A DNA stretch of 62,399 nucleotides, filler included, from Collodictyon triciliatum (lineage: Eukaryota), in NCBI GenBank assembly GCA_043381765.1. It is 6 parts of 6 records of this genome, joined end to end, with 100 filler letters (N's around TTAATTAATTAA, not from the genome) between each part and the next. Parts side by side here need not be neighbours in the genome. Positions count along the whole stretch, not along the records: positions 29,210 to 43,707 come from JBHJMP010001809.1; 5 more parts are not named here. One strand, given 5' to 3'. Under the pieces are notes generated by a model, which was not told the origin of the DNA, ran no database searches, and saw only the letters and a program-made list of their open reading frames with translations. Positions within the stretch are counted from its first letter, which is position 1. Each line of letters begins with the position of its first letter. Positions 29,307 to 37,569 of the stretch are shown here, one piece after another. Both the position numbers and the translations under genes were made by a program.

Positions 29307-31074
29307 TTAATAAAGAACTTGGGCGTTGTCTTTTCCGACGTCAAGAATACGTGTGTGCTCAATGATGACCCAGCAGGTATAGTCATCTACAGGGGTCAAT
29401 GACGCAAGATTTGCGGGAACTGGTGCCTCCCCAGCAGCGGTGACAACTGAAGCGTGTTTGCAAGACCCGGCAAACTGAAGTCCGACTTGTACAATTCCAG
29501 AATTTGAAGATGCGTTGTAGCCAGATAATTCAAATTCGTCAGAATAATCTGATCGAGTCATCGACCACCCTAATGCGAACAGAGTCGGAGTTTTCCAAAA
29601 GAATTCTTCACACTCAAGTGGATTTGTGTTTTTATCAGCTGTTGTATTTGCCGTGACAACCATTGCATTCTGAACGGCTTTATTGCTGGCATAATTGACG
29701 CCTGCGCCTGACCGTGGTGTAGTCAATTGAATAATTCCACTATTTGATGCGGCACCAGCATTAATTTGAAGTGGTTGAATTGCTTGTTGTGAGAAGTTGA
29801 CCTGTCCAAGCATCTCAGCACTTGTGTTATATCCCAATGCTTTCATTAAATAATTAAGAGCTTCAGGTTGCTGACACAAAGCTTGACCAACTACTGCACT
29901 TGATAAAAATCCAGACGCCGCAGCTGCCGTGCCAGTAGTATTTTGGCCAGCGGCCGGTACATTGGCATAAGCAGGATTTGCTAGCTGAATAGGAACTGAT
30001 GGTAGCACTTTACCGTTGACTGTTAGTCTTGCTTGAGAAAGTCCCTCAATTGCATGGAGTCGGTCAGTACCTAGATATCCAAGATTACCCTGTTCACAAG
30101 CTCGAGTAAAGATAAGATATATAGCATTGATATTTGAGTATTGAACACTGATGTTTTGTGTGACCCATCCTGAAGTTCTTTTTGGAATATTAAACTGAGT
30201 CATAAAATATGTTTCAATTGGAATCTGTAAATTATTATTTATTAAATATTGTGAAAGGGCATTATTATATGATGGCTCCGTTTGAATATAATTAATATTC
30301 ATTTTTAAATTACTTAAAGTATAACTAAGAGTTGTGTTAGTGCTGGCAGTAAAGTCCAAAAAGTCGAATCCGGTATTTGCTCCATAAGCTAATTGACCTT
30401 GACTAAAGCACTCTGATGCGGGCGCCATCCAAATACGAACTTCGAGACTGTTGGGACCTAGTAAATAAGCAGGCAATAAAGTTTTTATATTCATCAAACC
30501 AAGATATCTAAGCGGAAATCCAATTTGAATAGTGTTACTTTCAGTCCCTGCTGCTCCAACTAAAAACAATCTGGACCTATCAAGAACAGACTGACCTATT
30601 CCCATTCCTCCACTCATAAGATTCACCCAATTCTGGTTATTACACCAATTGTGCTTAAACGACTCAAGGTATGAATAGTTGTCGATTCTTTCCAATTCTG
30701 AGCCATTTAAGTATACTGCAATTCTATAAATAAATGATTCATAACTTTCACACGGGCACAGTATTGGCAATACTCTATTCCCTGCTGTAGCTGTGGATGC
30801 ATCGAACAGACCTCTTTTTAGATTTACGGCATTTGTAACCGTTGCGGCATCTAGTCCTTTTACAGTCAGATCCGCTATGATATGAGCAGAGTCCATTTGG
30901 ATAGACCACTCGTTGTCTATAGGCACCCGAAACACAATTTGCGGGCCTGATGAAAAATTTGCTGTTTGCTCTGTTCCGTTGCTTGGCAAAACCTGGCGTT
31001 GTTGTTTTTCAAGAATAGTTTTTTTTTTTTGACGATACATTTCTAAATTGTAGCTCCTCCGGTAGTGAATCCAT
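29307..31074 (-). CDS. Major capsid protein (double jelly-roll, PLV type); probable start at 31074 with a 1-nt shift in an A12 run
   Basis: Beta-rich 577-aa ORF next to the packaging ATPase, with QIVFRVP, SFIYRIAVYLNGSELERIDNY, LLPAYLL..LEVRI and YTLSNLKMN patterns typical of PLV MCPs. An upstream MDSLPEELQF lies in another frame. Confidence 0.78.
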
Positions 31075-31100
31075 ATTTTTAATAAGAAAATAATTTTTGT

Positions 31101-31511
31101 TTAGTAACCTATTTTATTTCGGATATTGTCTCCATGCGTATTAATGACTTTTCCCAGAGATTCATTTTGTTGACCAATTTTTCGAATTACTGGATCATAT
31201 TTTCGTAGTTGTTCGGCTCCTTTTTCAAATGGCTTTTGGAATTTACTGCCTTCGACAAGTCCTGCCACAGTTGCGCCTTTTTTTCCTTCTGCTAAATCTA
31301 AGCCTTTTTTCACGTATCCTTTATTTGCATTGTACACCTTTAATGCCTGCTCCGACAATCCACCCGTGGCTGTACGAGCCAAGTCACGCAGACCGCCACC
31401 TGTAGCCTTGTCCACTGCATTGACCACCTTTTCACCGACATTCATTCCCTTCCTTACAACTTTGACTGCTCCTTTGAAAAATTTCTTTAAACTTCTGCGT
31501 GTGAATACCAT
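31101..31511 (-). CDS. Small basic virion-associated protein with N-terminal amphipathic helix
   Basis: 136-aa ORF between ATPase and MCP; begins MVFTRRSLKKFFKGAVKVVRKG. Confidence 0.6.
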   Translation of the reverse strand: MVFTRRSLKKFFKGAVKVVRKGMNVGEKVVNAVDKATGGGLRDLARTATGGLSEQALKVYNANKGYVKKGLDLAEGKKGATVAGLVEGSKFQKPFEKGAEQLRKYDPVIRKIGQQNESLGKVINTHGDNIRNKIGY

Positions 31512-31534
31512 ATAATTATATATAAAAAAATCTA

Positions 31535-32257
31535 TTATGTAAGTTCCTCTTCAAAATTTTTAAAATAAAGTTGGGGGTTTGCATTACATACAACATACAG
31601 AAAATTATATTTTTCCGCTGTGGCATATGTATAGAACTCTTGAAATTTTTCTTCAGACAAATCTATAATATCCTCATAAATAGATTTTATCTCGTTTTTT
31701 GATTTTGACCTATACATTATAAAATGCGTAAAATTCGTTCTGTGTATTCTTTGAAAGTATGTAAACTTATGTGAAATCATAATTATACTTAGATGCAAGT
31801 GTCGAGACTTTAAAATTAATTTAGTCAGCTGGGTATGCCGGATGCTTTTCAGCTCATTGGCCAAGTCATCGATTATCAGCAGCGCTCTGAAATCCTCCTT
31901 CTCGAAATCTTCGTCACCTTCTACATCCTCCTTTATATATTCTGCTACTTCATTATTTATTGTCTGAAAAACACGCTCCTCTGAAAATTCAATTGAGTCC
32001 AGGGACTTGTCGTAGACCTTACCTTCATCAGTGACATTTGGACTACAAAAATAAATTTTATTAAATACCTCAAAATAGTGCTTTCTAATTAAATTTGCGT
32101 ATAGTGTGGTTTTACTTGAGCCTGTAGGGCCAAGGACACCCATTATAAAATTTCGAGTGGAAATATCCGGCAATGGAAACGGAATTCCAAAATCCCGAGT
32201 TTTTTTAGATTTTGTCAGTGGTGCTATCTTTATATTTGATACGCGTTTCGTATTCAT
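31535..32257 (-). CDS. A32-like (FtsK/HerA) genome packaging ATPase
   Basis: Walker A GPTGSSKT, Walker B LLIIDD, arginine-finger KSRH, IIMISH, RTN and C-terminal YNFLYV..YFKNF. Confidence 0.9.
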   Translation of the reverse strand: MNTKRVSNIKIAPLTKSKKTRDFGIPFPLPDISTRNFIMGVLGPTGSSKTTLYANLIRKHYFEVFNKIYFCSPNVTDEGKVYDKSLDSIEFSEERVFQTINNEVAEYIKEDVEGDEDFEKEDFRALLIIDDLANELKSIRHTQLTKLILKSRHLHLSIIMISHKFTYFQRIHRTNFTHFIMYRSKSKNEIKSIYEDIIDLSEEKFQEFYTYATAEKYNFLYVVCNANPQLYFKNFEEELT

Positions 32258-32278
32258 TATTATTATCTATAAAAAAGT

Positions 32279-32461
32279 ATGTACGAGCTTCTAATTTATA
32301 TAAATGAAAATTTAGTTCATCAGGGTGTATATGATGATTTGGACGATTTACAAAACTATATATATTATCTAGAAAAGTTTCATAGAAAAGAAAAAAATAA
32401 TAGAATTTATAAAATCAAGTCAAAAATGCTTGACGAAAAAATAATTGTTTCATTTAATTAG
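32279..32461 (+). CDS. Small hypothetical viral protein
   Basis: 60-aa ATG ORF that exactly fills the space between the ATPase and the left inverted repeat. Confidence 0.45.
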   Translation: MYELLIYINENLVHQGVYDDLDDLQNYIYYLEKFHRKEKNNRIYKIKSKMLDEKIIVSFN

Positions 32462-32463
32462 AA

Positions 32464-32673
32464 TTTATTCAACAACCCAAAAACCCAAAATGTCCCAAAA
32501 TGTCCCAAAATCCCAAAATTCCCCAAAAAATTTTCCAAATAGAAACCCCCTCAAGATTTTTTTTTACACAATGAAAAAAAAAATACAATGCGCGATTTTG
32601 TATTTCCCATTTTTTTTGGGATTTTTTGGGACATTATAATAAAATCTGGGACCCTCTCCCCATCCTTTTTTTT
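32464..32673 (+). repeat. Left copy of ~200-bp internal inverted repeat
   Basis: Reverse complement of 37354-37553 apart from a few substitutions and one extra TGTCCCAAAA unit. Confidence 0.95.
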
Positions 32674-32739
32674 TAATTGAGAAAACGCATAAAAGTAATT
32701 TAAAAGTAATTTAAAAAGATTTTACTAAGGTTATTTAAG

Positions 32740-35232
32740 ATGTCTTTAGCAATTGAAATACAAGTTTGCCAAGACGATATAATCGAACTCTGCAAAACAG
32801 AGCGATTTATAAGTCAACCAACAAATGTAAAAAATGCTCTGATTTTTTTTAAAAAGTCAGTTGTCGATGGTGTGGTAAAAGTTGAGTACAGTCAAAAAAA
32901 CGAGGGCCGATTTTGGGGCAAACCAGATATCAATGCGCTACCGAGATGGATTAAGCAGACACTCTTACATCAAAAATATAGTGATATTGATATATCGAAT
33001 TGTCATCCAAATATTCTTTTAAAGTTGTGTAACAAACATAACGTAAGATGTGAAGCGTTAAAATACTATTGTGAAAATCGAGACCTATGTTTGACTGAGA
33101 TAATGGATTTATACAAAATCTCTAAAGCAGATGCCAAAGACCTATTCAATATTATGAATTTTGGCGGCGGATTCAATACTTGGACTGAAGACAAAAAAAT
33201 TGTAAATGCAGTTGAATCTGAATTTATAAAGACATATTATGAAGAAGCCAAGAGAATCAAAGAACAATTTGTAATTATCCCAGATTACAAAAGATTTTTT
33301 GATATGGCCAAAAAAGAAAAAGACAACCCCTATGAAATTTTTAATAGTGGTATGGCTTTTATAATGCAACACTACGAGTCTGTTTATCTTGTCAAAGCAC
33401 TGGAACTTGTAAAAAATACAAATATGTATATCCCAGCTCACGATGGTTTTTATTTACATAAAGACCGATACAAAGCTATGGGTCTTGAAAAATTTATAAA
33501 AATGATAAATGAATATGTAGATGAGCCAGGTATTACTTTTATTCACAAAGAAATGAACGAGGCAATTGACCTCAAGACAGCGGATAAAGTAAATATTAAT
33601 TTCTGGGACTCATTTGATTTATATAATATCGCAACCGAAATTATAAAGAAAAAAACATTGACTGCTTCTAATGGTGTTTTATACATGTATAATGGTGTTT
33701 TTTGGGAAGCTGACACACCTGAAAAAAACTATTCACTATTTTCAAAATTTTGGAGTGAAAACTATTATTATGTCATTTACGATTTAATGAAACAAGCATT
33801 TGGTATAAATGAAGAGCAAAGTCAATCCAATAAAAAAATAAATAAAAAAAAAAAGGGTAAAGACTCGGCGCCAACTGAATCTGAAAAGGCTGAAAATGAA
33901 AATACAAAATCAATTGGACTACATCAAAAATCGTGGGAAAGACAATTAGCTAATTCACGTGTGTTTCATTTTAGACCTCTTGTAACGCTAGTTTTACAAA
34001 GACTCGAAAACTCGTCATTAAGGTTTAATGAAATACCTTATTTATTTGCCTTCAACAATAGAATATTTGATTTAAGAATTAATAATTTTATTGAACCAAA
34101 ACCAGAACAATATATATCCGAGACCTGTGGATATAATTATGAAAATGATGAAAATTTAGAAAATAAAAAAACTTATCTGATGTCAATATTCAAAACAATT
34201 CTACCGGAAGAATATGATCTCGAACTTTTTTTAAAATATTGCTCGACAGGTCTAAGTATGACACTCATAGAAAAAATATGTTTGGCACACGGGTCTGGAC
34301 GAAATGGCAAAGGACTATTTCAAGAATTCAACAAAATAACACTGGGAAATTATTTTTATGCATTAACTCCAACTAGTATACAGTCAAAATTAAAAGATGG
34401 TTCGAATCAAGCTTTAGCAAATATTCAGGGCAAAAGACTCATTGTAACCTCGGAGCCAGACCAAGACCAAAAAATAAATACTAGTATCCTAAAGCTACTC
34501 ACAGGCTGCTCTGTTATTAATGCCAGAGCTCTTTATTCAAAGCAAACAGACACTCAAAATTTTGGAACTTATATTTTAGAGTGTAATAGCAAACCTAAAT
34601 TAGATGTTGTCGAACAGGCTATTACACAGAGACTATTTGTAATTCATTTTCCAATAAAATTTATTGAAAAAGAAGTTTATGAAAATTTAGAAGAAAAACA
34701 AGGGTATGGAATAGTTAATCCTAAATATAAAGACTTTGATTTTTTGAAATCATATAAAATCGCATATTTTCATATTTTAGCTGATGCATATCAAAATTAT
34801 ATTAAAAATTCATCATTTTTATTACAACAAGGAAGTCGGTCACATTTAATTACAGAAACCTATTTTCAAGACTCTGATGATTTTACCAGTTGGTTTTACA
34901 CAAATTATAAAAAAGTTGAAACTGATGATGAAATATTAATTTCTTTATCTGATTTAAGAAAAGAATATATAGATTATAAAAGACAATTTGAATTTAAATT
35001 TGAAATAAAAATTGGAACATTTTACGAAAAAATGGCATCGTGTCCTATGCTTTGTAGATTCATAAAACATAGAGATACATATTATAAAGGGCAAAAATTA
35101 AAAAAGCCTACGATTATTGGACACATAAAATTGAATTCGCAAGAAAAAGAAGATGTTGAAATGGAAAATGAAATAGGACAAGAACCTCTTAAATGTGAAG
35201 AATCAAAACCACATTTTGATTTCAAAAAATAA
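32740..35232 (+). CDS. PolA-like polymerase/primase (TVpol) fused to D5-like SF3 helicase
   Basis: PolA-like motifs DIDISNCHPNIL (A), AKDLFNIMNFGG (B) and PAHDG (C). D5 N-terminal FAFNNRIFDL, Walker A GSGRNGKG, Walker B IVTSE, motif C LECN, RLFVIHF. Confidence 0.87.
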   Translation: MSLAIEIQVCQDDIIELCKTERFISQPTNVKNALIFFKKSVVDGVVKVEYSQKNEGRFWGKPDINALPRWIKQTLLHQKYSDIDISNCHPNILLKLCNKHNVRCEALKYYCENRDLCLTEIMDLYKISKADAKDLFNIMNFGGGFNTWTEDKKIVNAVESEFIKTYYEEAKRIKEQFVIIPDYKRFFDMAKKEKDNPYEIFNSGMAFIMQHYESVYLVKALELVKNTNMYIPAHDGFYLHKDRYKAMGLEKFIKMINEYVDEPGITFIHKEMNEAIDLKTADKVNINFWDSFDLYNIATEIIKKKTLTASNGVLYMYNGVFWEADTPEKNYSLFSKFWSENYYYVIYDLMKQAFGINEEQSQSNKKINKKKKGKDSAPTESEKAENENTKSIGLHQKSWERQLANSRVFHFRPLVTLVLQRLENSSLRFNEIPYLFAFNNRIFDLRINNFIEPKPEQYISETCGYNYENDENLENKKTYLMSIFKTILPEEYDLELFLKYCSTGLSMTLIEKICLAHGSGRNGKGLFQEFNKITLGNYFYALTPTSIQSKLKDGSNQALANIQGKRLIVTSEPDQDQKINTSILKLLTGCSVINARALYSKQTDTQNFGTYILECNSKPKLDVVEQAITQRLFVIHFPIKFIEKEVYENLEEKQGYGIVNPKYKDFDFLKSYKIAYFHILADAYQNYIKNSSFLLQQGSRSHLITETYFQDSDDFTSWFYTNYKKVETDDEILISLSDLRKEYIDYKRQFEFKFEIKIGTFYEKMASCPMLCRFIKHRDTYYKGQKLKKPTIIGHIKLNSQEKEDVEMENEIGQEPLKCEESKPHFDFKK

Positions 35233-35499
35233 AAAAAATAAATTGATTTTTATCAAAACAATTTATTTATCTTTAACCAGTTCTCGTTCTCGTTTTATTT
35301 TCCTCCGTTCTGCATATTTTGGGTTGTAAGCGTCTGCATATTGTTTTTTCTTTTTCCATACTTCGACAATGTGTTTAATTTTATCTGATTGAAATCCAAA
35401 TTCTGTCAGGCATCGAAGCTCAAATTGAGGGTCCATTATTATATTCTCTTATAAAAATCTTTTTAAGCCCTATTTAAAAACAATTTGCTGTAGATAATT

Positions 35500-35982
35500 A
35501 TGGCTCCAAAAATCACGCAAGAAATCAAAGACAAACTACCTGAGGACTATAGTTCAGCTGATTGGGAACCTATCGATCCAGAAGATATTCAAGTAGGTGA
35601 TTACATTGCATATGTTGCTAAGGCCCGAAAATATATGTCTGGAAAAGAGGATGCTGGTGGATGGAAGAAAGGAGGATTGATAAATGCTATTCCAAATATG
35701 GACGAACAAATGCGACGCAAGGCAAACAATGATAAGGTGTTTTTCTTCAGGGCTTACGCTGTTCAATGGTCTGTTAACCAAGACAATGTATTGATGTTTT
35801 TCAAGTCAAAGAAAGACGTCGATGAGGTTTTAGCCAAGGGAAGGAAACGAGCCAGGGATACCAAAGAAGAAGGACGAATTAACAAACTGAAATTTGACAC
35901 TGAAAAACTGGAGGAGCAACTCGAGCAAGTCAGCAAGGAAGAAAAGAAGCCTGCACGCCGCGGCCGACCACCCAAAAAATAA
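35500..35982 (+). CDS. Hypothetical protein with C-terminal AT-hook (RRGRPPKK)
   Basis: 160-aa ORF with a core GDYIAY...KKGG...WSV and an RGRP motif at the extreme C-terminus. Confidence 0.65.
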   Translation: MAPKITQEIKDKLPEDYSSADWEPIDPEDIQVGDYIAYVAKARKYMSGKEDAGGWKKGGLINAIPNMDEQMRRKANNDKVFFFRAYAVQWSVNQDNVLMFFKSKKDVDEVLAKGRKRARDTKEEGRINKLKFDTEKLEEQLEQVSKEEKKPARRGRPPKK

Positions 35983-35990
35983 AATTACCT

Positions 35991-37196
35991 CTACAACTTA
36001 TTTCTTCGAGCAGCCCGTTCAGCCCGACTATTTTTTTGATTTTCTGATGTCTCTTTATTAAATCTAAATAAATCTGATTCTAGTAGACCACTAGCGCCTT
36101 TCATCTGTCTACCTTTATTATTTTTTAAAAATTCATCCAAGTCGTCCTGTTCAGCAAATTCACTTAGTAATTGCGATTTTGGTTTAAATTTTTCAACTTT
36201 GGTATCTTCTGAAAGAAGCAGCAAGTCCGCACGACCAAACTTTTTATTTTCTAAATTATCTGTTGTTTCGAGGGTATAATATGGAAGTTGCCATTGTGAG
36301 CTTGGTGTACTTTTTTTTTTAATTTTATAAACTTCGAAAGACCACTTGGGTAGATATCCCTTCTGTTTTTTAATTTTATTTTTCATACTTGCCGGAATAT
36401 CAGTTTTTTCTAAAAGCACTCTGACTTTGTTACCAGGCTCTAGGTCTTTTAATGAGCCCTGTTCTCTTTTTTTGGAGTTGTAATTTTCCATATTTTTAAT
36501 TATTTGTTCCTTGTATTCGGGAAGTAATGCAACAGCAGGGGCTACTTTTGTGTTTTTGTTGGGCTGTAGATTCAGACTGTCCAGAAAACTCTGTAGGTCT
36601 GGAATGGGGTCGTTTCCAGTTTTTTGTTTATATCCGTAAAGCGCTCGTTTCAGGGTGCCATTTTTGCGTTCTATTTGACTTTGACTCGTGGGTGTTGCCG
36701 ACTTGCTTTTAACGTGAGTTATATTTTGTTTTTCTAGTAGTGAGGCCACTTGGTCTTTAAATTCATTACCGTTGTCTGACTGTATTGTTTTAACCAATTT
36801 ATAAGAATTAATAAATTTTCGAAGTTGCTCAGCGACATCACTGGCTTTTAATGATTCGAGTGGATACGCCCATAATTTGCGTGTGTATATATCTGTACAA
36901 GTTAAAAGATAATTTGCATCTTCACTGTCTAGATTTTTTATATCGATAGTGTCAATTTGGACATATCCAGGCTCGAACCGCATAATTGTATTTGTGTTTT
37001 TAGATTTTACCGGTCTTTGTAAAATTTGCCAGTCTGGTTGAGACCTAATAAACTTATCAACATACGAACGAGTAATACCAAATTCACGCACTGCTCTAAA
37101 CAGACCGTCTCGAGAATTAGTATGTTTTGGTGATTTATAAAATACCTCGTTAATCTTGGCTTGCCATTCGTTTCTTGGGAGGATTTTCGTTTCCAT
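35991..37196 (-). CDS. Retroviral-type (rve, DDE) integrase, Polinton-like
   Basis: Catalytic triad in QIDTID, SDNGNEF and QIERKNGTLK. Also DIYTRKLWAYPL, a Polinton-like N-terminus (FY..P...LF......ITRSYVDKFIRSQ..WQ) and C-terminal KWSFEVYKI. Confidence 0.92.
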   Translation of the reverse strand: METKILPRNEWQAKINEVFYKSPKHTNSRDGLFRAVREFGITRSYVDKFIRSQPDWQILQRPVKSKNTNTIMRFEPGYVQIDTIDIKNLDSEDANYLLTCTDIYTRKLWAYPLESLKASDVAEQLRKFINSYKLVKTIQSDNGNEFKDQVASLLEKQNITHVKSKSATPTSQSQIERKNGTLKRALYGYKQKTGNDPIPDLQSFLDSLNLQPNKNTKVAPAVALLPEYKEQIIKNMENYNSKKREQGSLKDLEPGNKVRVLLEKTDIPASMKNKIKKQKGYLPKWSFEVYKIKKKSTPSSQWQLPYYTLETTDNLENKKFGRADLLLLSEDTKVEKFKPKSQLLSEFAEQDDLDEFLKNNKGRQMKGASGLLESDLFRFNKETSENQKNSRAERAARRNKL

Positions 37197-37341
37197 TTCT
37201 TAATTTTTCTTTAGATAATAATCTACGTTCGATAAAGTGGTGGACAGTGCTGGCAAATGGCTCAACTTCCTTTGAGTAATCGAGTTTTTTCACTTTTTTT
37301 TTCTTTTCAACTTTTGATTTTTTATATTGTTTTTGTTTCAT
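37150..37341 (-). CDS. Small lysine-rich protein upstream of and overlapping the integrase
   Basis: MKQKQYKKSKVEKKKK...; the ATG lies immediately inside the right inverted repeat. Confidence 0.4.
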   Translation of the reverse strand: MKQKQYKKSKVEKKKKVKKLDYSKEVEPFASTVHHFIERRLLSKEKLRNGNENPPKKRMASQD

Positions 37342-37353
37342 AATTGTATATAG

Positions 37354-37553
37354 AAAAAAAAGGATGGGGTGAGGGTCCCAGATTTTATTATAATGTCCCA
37401 AAAAATCCCAAAAAAAATGGGAAATACAAAATCGCGCATTGTATTTTTTTTTTCACTGTGTAAAAAAAAATCTTGAGGGGGTTTCTATTTGGAAAAATTT
37501 TTGGGGAATTTTGGGATTTTGGGACATTTTGGGATTTTGGGTTGTTGGATAAA
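37354..37553 (-). repeat. Right copy of ~200-bp internal inverted repeat
   Basis: Reverse complement of 32464-32673. Confidence 0.95.
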
Positions 37554-37569
37554 ATTTCTTGGTGACATT

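Noticed and set aside
37489-37569. N-terminal extension of the 1123-aa ORF, and ORFs 32445-32639 and 37453-37680
   Set aside because: They are translations of the inverted-repeat iterons; the first ATG of the large ORF is at 37570.
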